From an archaeon CG07_land_8_20_14_0_80_38_8 (lineage in GTDB: Archaea; Nanobdellota; Nanobdellia; Tiddalikarchaeales; Tiddalikarchaeaceae): a DNA stretch of 24,096 nt. The position numbers and the translations under genes are program-made. Shown here one piece after another: positions 1-9,185 of this stretch. The stretch is from assembly GCA_002779595.1 (NCBI GenBank), contig PEWF01000088.1:7669-31764 (forward strand). Reading direction: 5' to 3'. A model generated the notes under the pieces. That model did no database searches. It had not been told where the DNA came from and saw nothing but the letters and a program-made list of their open reading frames with translations. Within the stretch, counting starts at the first letter, position 1. Each line of letters begins with the position of its first letter.

Positions 1-1
1 A

Positions 2-652
2 GAATTAGTGAAAAAATTATGCAATTTTTTCAAGAATAAAAAATTAACATGGAACTGCAACGCTCGCGTAAACACTGTAAACTATGAAATTCTAAAATTA
101 ATGAAAGAATCAGGATGCAAAAAAATAAGCTTCGGAGTTGAAAGCGGAAGCGAAAAAATACTGAAACTGATAAAAAAAGGAATAACTATACCTCAGGTTA
201 AAAAAGCAGTCAGTGACGCGAAAAAGGCAGGAATCAGGTACGTGGAATGCACGTTCATGATTGGCTCACACCCCGACGAGACAATGGAAGACATTGAAAA
301 AACAATAAAATTAATGCATGAATTAATGCCTGACTTTCTCGCATTCAGCGTTATGTGCCCGTTCCCGGGAACAGAAGTCTACAACATGATGAAAAAAAGG
401 AAATTATTAATGAATAATCCTGACTGGTCCCAGTTCAGTTTGTTCGGAAACCTGAAAAGATACGAAAAATTAACAAATATGACATCTGATGAAATGATAA
501 ATTTGCAGATAAAAGTATTAAAAGATTATTACAAAACGCCAAAATACGTATTGTCCCAATTATTAAAAATAAGGACGCTGGATGAAATAAAATATTTCAC
601 AAAAATGGGAATATTATACGTGAAAGAATTAATGCTCGGGAAAAAATCATAA
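2..652 (+). CDS. Radical SAM protein, C-terminal part (resembles cobalamin-binding/class B family); 5'-truncated by the window edge
   Basis: Frame is open from position 2. Contains WNCNARVN...LMKESGCKKISFGVESGSEKIL...I.KG, FMIGSHPDET and PFPGTEVY, typical of the TIM-barrel half of B12-type radical SAM enzymes. The CxxxCxxC motif and B12 domain are not in the window. Confidence 0.8.
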   Translation, partial: ELVKKLCNFFKNKKLTWNCNARVNTVNYEILKLMKESGCKKISFGVESGSEKILKLIKKGITIPQVKKAVSDAKKAGIRYVECTFMIGSHPDETMEDIEKTIKLMHELMPDFLAFSVMCPFPGTEVYNMMKKRKLLMNNPDWSQFSLFGNLKRYEKLTNMTSDEMINLQIKVLKDYYKTPKYVLSQLLKIRTLDEIKYFTKMGILYVKELMLGKKS

Positions 653-1501
653 TTTAATCATTTTGAACATTTCATCCAAAGTGTAAGCGCGTACACCTTT
701 ACTTTCCATTTTTGACAATAACAATTTCACTTTCATCGGGCGCGGAGCTTTCTGGCTGGATTTATCAGTGCTGACGCTCTTAATTAAGGAAGAATCAAGG
801 TTGAAATATTCCGCAAATAATTTTGCAAACTCGTAATTATTCACAAAATCCTTCCCTCCTATATTAAAAATGCCCATGGCTTTCTGTTTGATTAATTCCT
901 TAATGCTTTCTGAAATGAAGTCCGCAAGAACAGGATTATTATACTGGTCTGAAACTGCAAAAAATTCCTCACCTTTTTTCAGGGAATTATAAACTCTTGC
1001 AATAAAATTCCTCTCATCATATCCAATGCTGAAAATTTTGCAAGGCCTTACCACCATTGATTTTTCATAGTTAAGAACTTCATTCTCAGCAACCCATTTT
1101 AATATGCCATAATAATTAATTGGCGTAGGAATGTCATCCTCAGAATACTCTACTCTGGAGCCGTCAAAAACGTAATAAGATGAAATGAAAACAAAATAAG
1201 AACCAAAAGATTTGCTTGCTGTTAAAAGATTATTATTGCCCTCATAATTTATTTTATACGCTAATTCCTTCTCAGTCTCGCACAAGTCAGCATTCACAAG
1301 AGCTGCAGCATTTATGACAACGTCCGGCTTAATCTTCTCAAAAATGCTGAAAACTTTTTCCCTGTCAGTAATGTCACAAGCGAACACATTATTTCCATCA
1401 GCAACTTTATCCAAACCATAAACTTCAAAAGAACCAGAAAAAACTCTGCGCATTGAAGAACCCAACTGCCCGTTAATGCCGCAAATTAATAATTTCTTCA
1501 A
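647..1501 (-). CDS. rfbD: NDP-4-keto-6-deoxyhexose reductase, RmlD/RfbD-family SDR
   Basis: GINGQLG Rossmann motif, PDVVINAAA, ISSYYVFDG, YGILK (YxxxK), DQYNNP, APRP. TTG start overlaps the rfbG TGA stop. Confidence 0.85.
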   Translation of the reverse strand: MKKLLICGINGQLGSSMRRVFSGSFEVYGLDKVADGNNVFACDITDREKVFSIFEKIKPDVVINAAALVNADLCETEKELAYKINYEGNNNLLTASKSFGSYFVFISSYYVFDGSRVEYSEDDIPTPINYYGILKWVAENEVLNYEKSMVVRPCKIFSIGYDERNFIARVYNSLKKGEEFFAVSDQYNNPVLADFISESIKELIKQKAMGIFNIGGKDFVNNYEFAKLFAEYFNLDSSLIKSVSTDKSSQKAPRPMKVKLLLSKMESKGVRAYTLDEMFKMIKL

Positions 1502-2565
1502 ATTCTCTCGCCTCTTAATTTTAAAAAATTATTAATCTGGTTCAATGATAATTCGTAAATATCCTCATTTCTAAAATTTTTATACCATTCAACAATCATA
1601 CTGACAGTTTCATCAAGAGTCAGGACAGGCTTCCACCCCAACTTTGAAACTGCTTTCATTGAATTAAGACATAAAAAATTCATTTCATGCACTCCCTTCC
1701 CATTCCCAGAATGCTTCCATGAACCTGAACTCCATTTTTCCAGAATCTTTTCAACCAAAGCCTTGACAGTGACAATATTATCATTTTCAGGGCCGAAATT
1801 CCACGCGCCTGCAAAATCAGCACTTGAAAATAATTTCATACCCAACAGTAAGTAGCCATTAAGAGGTTCAAGAACGTGCTGCCATGGGCGCACGGATTCC
1901 GGATTCCTCACAATAATCTCTTCATTATTAAGCAAAGCCCTCATGCAGTCAGGAACAATTCTGTCCTCGGCCCAGTCCCCCCCACCAATAACGTTCCCCG
2001 CGCGCACAGAAGCAACATTAACACCACTATTTCTGAAAAAAGAATCCCTGCAAGATGAAACAACAATCTCAGCGCATGCCTTGCTTGCACTGTAAGGGTC
2101 AAACCCTCCTAACTCGTCACTCTCACCATAACTCTTAGAATCATCCTTATTCTTATAACACTTGTCAGAAGTAATCATCACCGCAGACTTAACAGAATCA
2201 CTCTTTCTTATGCATTCCAGAACATTAACAGTGCCCATAATATTAGTCATGAAAGTTAGGGCAGGCTCATCATAAGATTTTCTTACTATAGGCTGGGCTG
2301 CAAGATGAAAAACAATTTCAGGATTATGCTGCTTAAAAATTTTGAACAATTCATCAAAATTATTCACATCACCCCTCACGTCAACAATTTTATCCGCAAG
2401 ATTTGCACGCTCAAACAAAGTATCAGCACCCAAGGAATCAATGGAATAACCAATCACTTTCGCACCCATCTTATTAAGCCATAAAGAAAGCCATGAACCC
2501 TTAAAACCAGTATGCCCAGAAACAAGAACTACTTTATTCCTGTAAAAATCATTAAAATCTTCCAT
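1498..2565 (-). CDS. rfbG: CDP-glucose 4,6-dehydratase
   Basis: GHTGFKGSWL, HLAAQPIVRKSY, TSDKCY, DPYSASK, RAGNVIGGGDWA, RPWQHVLEPL. Start moved to ATG 2565 (MEDF...), 5 nt after the rfbF stop; the ORF-track start at 2652 lies inside rfbF. Confidence 0.93.
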   Translation of the reverse strand: MEDFNDFYRNKVVLVSGHTGFKGSWLSLWLNKMGAKVIGYSIDSLGADTLFERANLADKIVDVRGDVNNFDELFKIFKQHNPEIVFHLAAQPIVRKSYDEPALTFMTNIMGTVNVLECIRKSDSVKSAVMITSDKCYKNKDDSKSYGESDELGGFDPYSASKACAEIVVSSCRDSFFRNSGVNVASVRAGNVIGGGDWAEDRIVPDCMRALLNNEEIIVRNPESVRPWQHVLEPLNGYLLLGMKLFSSADFAGAWNFGPENDNIVTVKALVEKILEKWSSGSWKHSGNGKGVHEMNFLCLNSMKAVSKLGWKPVLTLDETVSMIVEWYKNFRNEDIYELSLNQINNFLKLRGERI

Positions 2566-2570
2566 AATAA

Positions 2571-3362
2571 TTAATCCTCTAATTTTGTCCATGGAGCAGA
2601 TTCTTCCCAAATCCTGTTCAAATCCAGATAATCCTTGTAAGTATCCATGCACTTCCAGAAACCATTATGCTTGAAAATAACAAGATTCTTGTCCCTTGCC
2701 ACTTTTTCAAGAGGCTCTTTTTCAAGAATCAAAGAATCATCATCCCTTAAATAATCAAAAAATTTAGGCTCAAAAACGAAAAAACCGCCATTAATATAAC
2801 TCCCATCCACTTGAGGCTTTTCCTGAAAATCCATCACAATATTCTCATCCACATTTAATTCCCCGAACCTTGAAGAAGGCCTTACACCAGTTATTGTGGC
2901 AATCTTGCCATGACTCTTATGGAAATCATAAAGTTTGCGGAGATTAATATTCGCAACCCCGTCTCCGTAAGTAGCCATGAAAGTATTATTGCCAACATAC
3001 TTCTGCAATCTTTTAAGCCTGCCACCTGTCATAGTTTTCAAACCAGTATCAACAAGAGTAACTTTAATATCCTCCTTTAAACCTGACAAAAACTTAACTT
3101 TGTTGCAACTCAAATCAATCTCAACATCATTATTCAAAGCCAAATAATTAAGAAAATACTGCTTAATCATGTCGCCCTTGTAGCCCAAAGCGATTATGAA
3201 ATTATTAAAACCATAATGAGCATAAGTTTTCATAATATGCAGAATAATAGGAATTCCCCCAACAGACACCATTGGCTTCGGCTTATACTCTGTCTCCTCC
3301 CTTAATCTGGTGCCCATGCCTCCTGCAAATATGACAACCTTAACATCCTCATGCTTAGTCAT
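2571..3362 (-). CDS. rfbF: Glucose-1-phosphate cytidylyltransferase
   Basis: AGGMGTRLREETEYKPKPMV, LGYKGDMIKQYF, TMTGGRLKR, TYGDGV, INGGFFV, HNGFWKCMDT. Confidence 0.95.
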   Translation of the reverse strand: MTKHEDVKVVIFAGGMGTRLREETEYKPKPMVSVGGIPIILHIMKTYAHYGFNNFIIALGYKGDMIKQYFLNYLALNNDVEIDLSCNKVKFLSGLKEDIKVTLVDTGLKTMTGGRLKRLQKYVGNNTFMATYGDGVANINLRKLYDFHKSHGKIATITGVRPSSRFGELNVDENIVMDFQEKPQVDGSYINGGFFVFEPKFFDYLRDDDSLILEKEPLEKVARDKNLVIFKHNGFWKCMDTYKDYLDLNRIWEESAPWTKLED

Positions 3363-3364
3363 AC

Positions 3365-4063
3365 TTATTTATTAAAAAAGAATCTATATTTAAATATATT
3401 CTTTGCAAATTCCAGCGCTGTAAAGAAGTTAACGCTTGATTTTCCAGCCTTCCTGTCCTTGGATTTGACAGGAATCTCGCCAACAGAAAAGTTCATCCTC
3501 TTCGCTTTAATCATAATTTCAGCATCCAAAAACCAGTCCTTAGAATTTAAATCCATAGCTTTAAAAACAGATTTTTTCATAATTTTTGGGCAACCATTCA
3601 TATCCATAGAATCAATACCAAACAATAAATTCACGCCAATATTATAAAAAAATGAAGCAATACGCCTCAAAAAACCCTCAGTCCTGCTGACTCTCGCAAC
3701 CTTGCAAACATCCAAATCATCCCTTTTCAGCCTCTTAAAAACACTGATAATAATACTGAGAGGAATCTGGTTATCACCCCATAAAAAACCAACAAAATCA
3801 CCCCTACACTTGTGCAAACCCCTAAGCACGCCGTTGCCATAACCCTCATTCACTTTAACAACCACTTTCCGCACCCTCATATTCCTCTTTGCAAACTCAG
3901 AGATTAACTCCCCAGTCCTGTCAATTGAACCATTATCAACAGCAATAATTTCATAATCCAAATTATTAGCAGACAATAATTTTGCCAGCCTGCCCAATAA
4001 ACCAGCAACGTTCGCTTCCTCATTATACAAAGGTATTGCCAAAGACAATTCAGGATTACCCAT
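3365..4063 (-). CDS. GT2 glycosyltransferase, DPM1-like (polyprenol-phosphate sugar synthase type)
   Basis: IPLYNEE, VDNGSID, NEGYGNGV..G, NGCPK, WFLDAEI, R.AGKS. The DxD position reads WGD. Confidence 0.85.
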   Translation of the reverse strand: MGNPELSLAIPLYNEEANVAGLLGRLAKLLSANNLDYEIIAVDNGSIDRTGELISEFAKRNMRVRKVVVKVNEGYGNGVLRGLHKCRGDFVGFLWGDNQIPLSIIISVFKRLKRDDLDVCKVARVSRTEGFLRRIASFFYNIGVNLLFGIDSMDMNGCPKIMKKSVFKAMDLNSKDWFLDAEIMIKAKRMNFSVGEIPVKSKDRKAGKSSVNFFTALEFAKNIFKYRFFFNK

Positions 4064-4109
4064 TAAAATAATAATAATTTAAAACAATTAAAATACTTTT
4101 TCCTTATTA

Positions 4110-4118
4110 TTTTTAAAT
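4110..4118 (+). promoter_or_regulatory. TATA-like box for the GT4/GT-C/GT4/GT2 operon
   Basis: TTTTTAAAT, 22-30 nt upstream of ATG 4140. Confidence 0.45.
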
Positions 4119-4139
4119 CACATAAACATGAATAATAAC

Positions 4140-5240
4140 ATGAAAATACTGCACTTCTCATGGGACACGCCCATTCCTGGCATTGGCGGAAGCACGCATG
4201 AATGGAACATGGCAAAAGCGTTCAAAAAATTAGGGCACAAAGTCCGCCTAGTGTGCGAATGGGAATATGACAAAAAAATCAGCGAGGACTTGGAAGGAAT
4301 ACAAATCAGAAGAGTGCACTGGAGAACAGGATTCAGGCAGATAAACCCTTTAATACTTTGCGTGAAGGCAAAACTTAACGCGTTATACCACATAATATTT
4401 TTCTCGCCGAATATTATTTACGAAAGGTACAGGATAATGGGAGGATTCGGAGTCCTCATAGGAAAATTGTTCGGGAAGAAAACAATACTCGAAGTGAATG
4501 ACCCAACAATTGAAGCCCCCTACATTGAAGGCAGGATAGGATTGTTTACAAAAATAATTGCAGGCATTTGGGAGCGCCTAATATTCGCATGCAGCGATAA
4601 AATAATCACACATAATGAAGTAATGGCAGGAAGAGCAAACCAGAAAAAAGTCAGAATAATCACAAATGGAGTTGACACAAAAATTTTTAATCCCGAAAAA
4701 TACGCGCGCACAAAATGGGCTGATAAATTCGTATGCTTATTCATAGGCACGTTCGCGGAATGGCAGGGCACTGAAACAATACTAAAAGCAGCGGAATTAT
4801 TAAGAAAGAACAAAAAAATATTGTTCGCATTCGCAGGAAGCAAAGAAGACAATGAAGAAAACACTGAATATTTGGGAAGAATCAAATACTCTGAAATCCC
4901 CCAGTTAATCGCGAACAGTGACGTGTGCTTGTACACTCCTGACACTGAACACTACAAGCCAATGAAAAAATTAGGATTCTACTTCTCACCCCTTAAATTA
5001 TTCGAGTATATGAGCATGGCAAAGCCCGTAATAGTAAGCGATGCAGGAAACCTTAAAAAAATCGTAAAAAATGAAGTGAACGGGTACAGGATAGGAGAAA
5101 ATAATGGCGCAGAACTGGCAAGCAAGATTTTAAAACTTTACAGGAATAAAAAATTAAGAACAAGAATCGGCAAAAATAACCGCGAAGAATGCGAGAAAAA
5201 GTATTCATGGACTAAGATTGCAAAAAAGGTGCTGAAATGA
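4140..5240 (+). CDS. GT4 (GT-B) glycosyltransferase
   Basis: MKILH...GG...H N-terminus, ITNGVD, FIGTF..WQG, SPLKLFEYMSMAKPVI. ATG 4140 is preferred over 4128 because of spacing from the TATA-like box at 4110-4118. Confidence 0.9.
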   Translation: MKILHFSWDTPIPGIGGSTHEWNMAKAFKKLGHKVRLVCEWEYDKKISEDLEGIQIRRVHWRTGFRQINPLILCVKAKLNALYHIIFFSPNIIYERYRIMGGFGVLIGKLFGKKTILEVNDPTIEAPYIEGRIGLFTKIIAGIWERLIFACSDKIITHNEVMAGRANQKKVRIITNGVDTKIFNPEKYARTKWADKFVCLFIGTFAEWQGTETILKAAELLRKNKKILFAFAGSKEDNEENTEYLGRIKYSEIPQLIANSDVCLYTPDTEHYKPMKKLGFYFSPLKLFEYMSMAKPVIVSDAGNLKKIVKNEVNGYRIGENNGAELASKILKLYRNKKLRTRIGKNNREECEKKYSWTKIAKKVLK

Positions 5241-6802
5241 AAATAAAAATAAAATTTGACAATTACGCAATAATATTCCTCTTAATACTTATTGGTTCAA
5301 TCCTCATAAGATTCATTGATTTGAGCGCAGTGGGCTACGTTACTGACGAGCCGGTAATAATCACAGCAGGAATAAAACACTTCCTCAACAACCCATACCC
5401 TGTGTCGCTTTACGATATGGCAACGCCGGGAGGGCAGTGGCCAATAGGATTATCAGTCACACTATTATCAGGAAGGGATTTTTCAATAATAAAAGATTAC
5501 AGCATGATGGATTATGCAAGCATAGACCTGAACAATAATTTATTGAAAGGACTGGAATTCGCTGCGCGCCTTCCGGGCGCAATAATGGGAGTAATCAGCG
5601 GGATAATAGTATTCCTGCTCGTAAAGGAATTATACGGAAAAAAAGCAGGACTAATAAGTTATGCAATGTTCAGCTTCAGCCCAATACTTATTGACTACAG
5701 CAGGATTGCATTGCTGGAAATTTACCAGATAACATACATGCTGATTGCACTATATTTCCTGTACTTAAGCGTTGCAAGAAAAGAAAAAAATAACACTTAC
5801 TTAATACTCGCAGGAATATTCACAGGCTTGACTGCAGCAGCAAAACTAAACGGCTTAATGCTCATACCCTTATTCGCCTTGTTCACAATTGTATCGCAAT
5901 TCAAAATCAAAAAGAAAAATAATGAACTGCAAATTAACTTAATTGGCTTCCTGAAAAATGCAGGAATAATAATACTGACGAGCACAATAATCCTTCTTAT
6001 TGTTTTCAATTTCAACATAAACACCCCCCTCACAGTCTACAATTATTACAGCCAGACGAGCGGAGCTACAGGGTTGCAGTTCGTATTATTCCAATTAATT
6101 TATGACTCCTTATTCTTCTTCAACCCGTTAACGTGGATATTATTAATTGCAGCATTATACTTATTGATAAAAGATTTGGGAAAGATTGAAAAGAATGACT
6201 TATTCTGCCTATTCCTCATCTTATTAATAATTATCAGCGGATTCTTTGACACGCACAGCACCATTAAGAGAGGAATACAGTTCATGTGCTTAATATTCAT
6301 AATAATCAGCAAATTATTCTCCCAGAAAAAATTCATAATCAGCAGAAAATACTGGGCAATAATACCAATACTGATAATAATCATGAACTTAGGATTAGTA
6401 TTATACTACTTCCCGAATACAGGACTGGCAAAAAGCGTAATATGCACTAATCAGGAATGCCTTGACGCGCATAATACGCGCAATTATGACGCGAGAATAG
6501 TCGGGGAATACTTCAACAATTTAGACAATGCAGTCATTTATGATACTGTGAGCACAACAGGATTAACAGCATTCTACCTCAACAAGGAAGGAAATTATTA
6601 CTTAACTGGGGGGATTGCAAAACTGCAGCTGAACAATACGTGCCCAAATTACCAAATACTGAAAAATGTGGGATTCAATTACGTAATAGATAACGGAGGA
6701 TGCTTTGCAGAAATCAGCAAGAATCTGGAAAACTGCACGTACGAAAATATTTACATAAAAAATTATGAAATGGTTAAAATTTACAACATAACCAACTGCT
6801 AA
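5237..6802 (+). CDS. GT-C fold integral-membrane glycosyltransferase (PMT/ArnT-like) with Cys-rich extracellular C-terminal domain
   Basis: N-terminal TM helix followed by TDEP (acidic DE motif), ARLPGA, YSRIALLE, AAKLNG and many hydrophobic helices. ATGA overlap with the upstream GT4. Confidence 0.8.
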   Translation: MKIKIKFDNYAIIFLLILIGSILIRFIDLSAVGYVTDEPVIITAGIKHFLNNPYPVSLYDMATPGGQWPIGLSVTLLSGRDFSIIKDYSMMDYASIDLNNNLLKGLEFAARLPGAIMGVISGIIVFLLVKELYGKKAGLISYAMFSFSPILIDYSRIALLEIYQITYMLIALYFLYLSVARKEKNNTYLILAGIFTGLTAAAKLNGLMLIPLFALFTIVSQFKIKKKNNELQINLIGFLKNAGIIILTSTIILLIVFNFNINTPLTVYNYYSQTSGATGLQFVLFQLIYDSLFFFNPLTWILLIAALYLLIKDLGKIEKNDLFCLFLILLIIISGFFDTHSTIKRGIQFMCLIFIIISKLFSQKKFIISRKYWAIIPILIIIMNLGLVLYYFPNTGLAKSVICTNQECLDAHNTRNYDARIVGEYFNNLDNAVIYDTVSTTGLTAFYLNKEGNYYLTGGIAKLQLNNTCPNYQILKNVGFNYVIDNGGCFAEISKNLENCTYENIYIKNYEMVKIYNITNC

Positions 6803-6803
6803 T

Positions 6804-7886
6804 ATGATGAAAAAAATAAATTTTACAGCAAGAAATTATTACCCAGACTCCCCTGGAGGATGCGAAAAAGTATTCTACGAATTATACAAGCGCGCAAAAA
6901 AAGATTACAATATTAAAATAATCAGCAGTTACGAAAACAAGAAAAAATTCCCGAAAGGAAGCGATACTTTCAGAAAAATAAGAACAAAAAACAGCATAAT
7001 CAGGTACGCGTATTACGCGTGGAATATGAGCCTGAAATCAGTGAAGAACAATCCGGACTTGATTCACGCCAACAACATAGAATGCATCAGGATAAGCAAA
7101 AAAATACCATTCATATTAACAATCCACCACGTGGGGCACTTCCTGAACCCTGAAATCAGGAAGCAGGACTTTTTCACAAAAATTATGGGAAAAATAATTG
7201 TTATGCAGGCAAATAATGCAGACAAGGTAGTAACAGTCAGCAACTCCGTGAAAAAAGACTTGATTCTTATGGGCATAAAAAAAGACAAAATAATAGTAAT
7301 ACCAAACGGCATTGATTTAGAAATATTCAAACCCCTAAAGAAGAAAAATAAGAACAAAAAATTTGTAATCACGCACGCGTCAAGAATAAGCCCTGAAAAA
7401 GCGCAGCACTTCACCATTAATGCAGTAAAAAAACTGCCCGAAAGGATAAGAAAAAATATTGAACTGCGCATAATAGGCTACGTGAGCGACGAAGAATATT
7501 ACAATAAACTTGAAAAAAATAAAAGCGTAAAATATTATACAAATCTTTCGGAAAAAAATTATGCAGAAAAATTAAGGGAAAGTGACTTAATAGTGTTCCC
7601 GACAATGATGAGTGAAGGATTCGGATTAACAGTGCTGGAAGCGCTCGCATCAGGAGCGCCAATCATAGCCAGCAGCCAGGCAAGCATTAAAGAAGCAGGC
7701 GGAGAAATCTGCCAGTACTTCAAGCAGGGCAATGAAGAAGAATTCATCAAAAAAATAATAAAATTGTACGCAAACAGAAAATTAAGAATAAAATTGTCAA
7801 ATGAGGGAGTGGAATGGGTTAAAAAATATTCATGGAAAAAAGTGTATGATGATTACACAAAAATTTATGAGGAATTAATGCAATGA
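6804..7886 (+). CDS. GT4 (GT-B) glycosyltransferase
   Basis: GGCEKVFYEL, VTVSNSVK, IPNGID, SEGFGLTVLEALASGAP, YSW. Confidence 0.92.
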   Translation: MMKKINFTARNYYPDSPGGCEKVFYELYKRAKKDYNIKIISSYENKKKFPKGSDTFRKIRTKNSIIRYAYYAWNMSLKSVKNNPDLIHANNIECIRISKKIPFILTIHHVGHFLNPEIRKQDFFTKIMGKIIVMQANNADKVVTVSNSVKKDLILMGIKKDKIIVIPNGIDLEIFKPLKKKNKNKKFVITHASRISPEKAQHFTINAVKKLPERIRKNIELRIIGYVSDEEYYNKLEKNKSVKYYTNLSEKNYAEKLRESDLIVFPTMMSEGFGLTVLEALASGAPIIASSQASIKEAGGEICQYFKQGNEEEFIKKIIKLYANRKLRIKLSNEGVEWVKKYSWKKVYDDYTKIYEELMQ

Positions 7887-8797
7887 AAATCAGCATAATA
7901 ATACCAACGCACGGCAGGCCGGGAGTGTTCAGCCAGTGCCTGAAATCAATAAATTTACTGAAAAAAGAATTGGACAAATTCAAACCATACGAAATCATAA
8001 TAATCAACAACAATAATGAAAAATTAAGGAACGAAACCAGCAAAGCGTGCAGAGAATACGATTTGCCAATAAAAGAAATAGTCATGAAGAAAGCAGCCGG
8101 AAGCGTGAGAGCGCGCAACGCAGGCATTAAAAAAGCAAAAGGCGACGTGTTAATCTTCTTTGATGATGACACAATAATACTTAAAAATTATTTTACTAAT
8201 TTAATGAAGCACTATAAGGACAAAAAAGTGGGCGCAGTTGGAGGAAGCGAAATAAAGCAAAAGAATACTCTGCTGCATAAATTATTCTTCAAATTCCACA
8301 AACCCGGAAGCATTACGTGGAGCGGAGAAATAATAAGCAATTTCTCGCCAGATTACAACAAGCCAATAATTGTGAAGCACTTACACGGCTCAAATTTCAG
8401 CATCTGCAAACGAGTAATTGATGAAATCGGATTAATGGACGAATTAATGATAGGCCATTACAGGGATGAGACAGAATTTATTTACAGAGTTTACAGGAAA
8501 GGATACACAATTATTTTCGAGCCAGAAGCAGAAGTAATACACACAGAATCAAATATTGGAGGAAGCATAAGTCCCTCAAAGAAGAAAGAATGGGCTTACT
8601 GGTACCACAGGAATACGAGTTATTTCTTCTTCAAACAATTATACACAGGCAATCCATTGCAGTTAATCGCATACATTGCAAGGGAATTAATAACATCAAT
8701 AATCAGGGCAATCATTTACAAAAACTCATACTACTTGTTTGAAATGAAAGCAGTCAAAGAAGGACATGATTTGGCTCTTAAACGAATTTCTTATTAA
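7883..8797 (+). CDS. GT2 glycosyltransferase
   Basis: ISIIIPTHGR, ARNAGI..AKGDVLIFFDDD, HLHGSNFS, RDETEF.YR. ATGA overlap with the upstream gene. Confidence 0.9.
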   Translation: MKISIIIPTHGRPGVFSQCLKSINLLKKELDKFKPYEIIIINNNNEKLRNETSKACREYDLPIKEIVMKKAAGSVRARNAGIKKAKGDVLIFFDDDTIILKNYFTNLMKHYKDKKVGAVGGSEIKQKNTLLHKLFFKFHKPGSITWSGEIISNFSPDYNKPIIVKHLHGSNFSICKRVIDEIGLMDELMIGHYRDETEFIYRVYRKGYTIIFEPEAEVIHTESNIGGSISPSKKKEWAYWYHRNTSYFFFKQLYTGNPLQLIAYIARELITSIIRAIIYKNSYYLFEMKAVKEGHDLALKRISY

Positions 8798-9161
8798 AAG
8801 TTACGTTCTTGTCAAAAAAGTAGCCGAAAAATAATACAAGAAAAGTAGTAGCAGCCCTGCTGATTAAACCATTAAATAATAATATTTCAACCAAAAAATA
8901 CATCAATACCAGCGTGAAAACGTAGGACAAACAAACCATTAACGCGTAAAAACCCAATTGCCTGAACTTCCTTGACTTATCCCTGAAAGTGAATCTCTTG
9001 TTCAAGCCGAATTTGACAAGAGCGCCGCTAATGAAAGCAAAAGAAACCGCGTACTGGTAATACAAGCCGGATAAACTGAACAAAACGAAAAAAACAATCC
9101 AGTCAGTCAAGGTGGCAATTACTCCAACTCCAACATAAGAAAAAAACTGCTTCTTAACCAT
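8778..9161 (-). CDS. gtrA: GtrA-family small membrane protein (putative lipid-linked sugar flippase)
   Basis: 127 aa with 4 hydrophobic segments. QFFSY..VG..AT..D, F.LNKRFTFR and C-terminal K..TF are GtrA patterns. Confidence 0.88.
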   Translation of the reverse strand: MVKKQFFSYVGVGVIATLTDWIVFFVLFSLSGLYYQYAVSFAFISGALVKFGLNKRFTFRDKSRKFRQLGFYALMVCLSYVFTLVLMYFLVEILLFNGLISRAATTFLVLFFGYFFDKNVTFNKKFV

Positions 9162-9185
9162 GAAAAATAATAATCAGTCAATGCT

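Noticed and set aside
2566-2652. N-terminal extension of rfbG (ORF-track start 2652)
   Set aside because: It overlaps the rfbF 3' end by 82 nt. The Rossmann motif follows ATG 2565, which is the better start.
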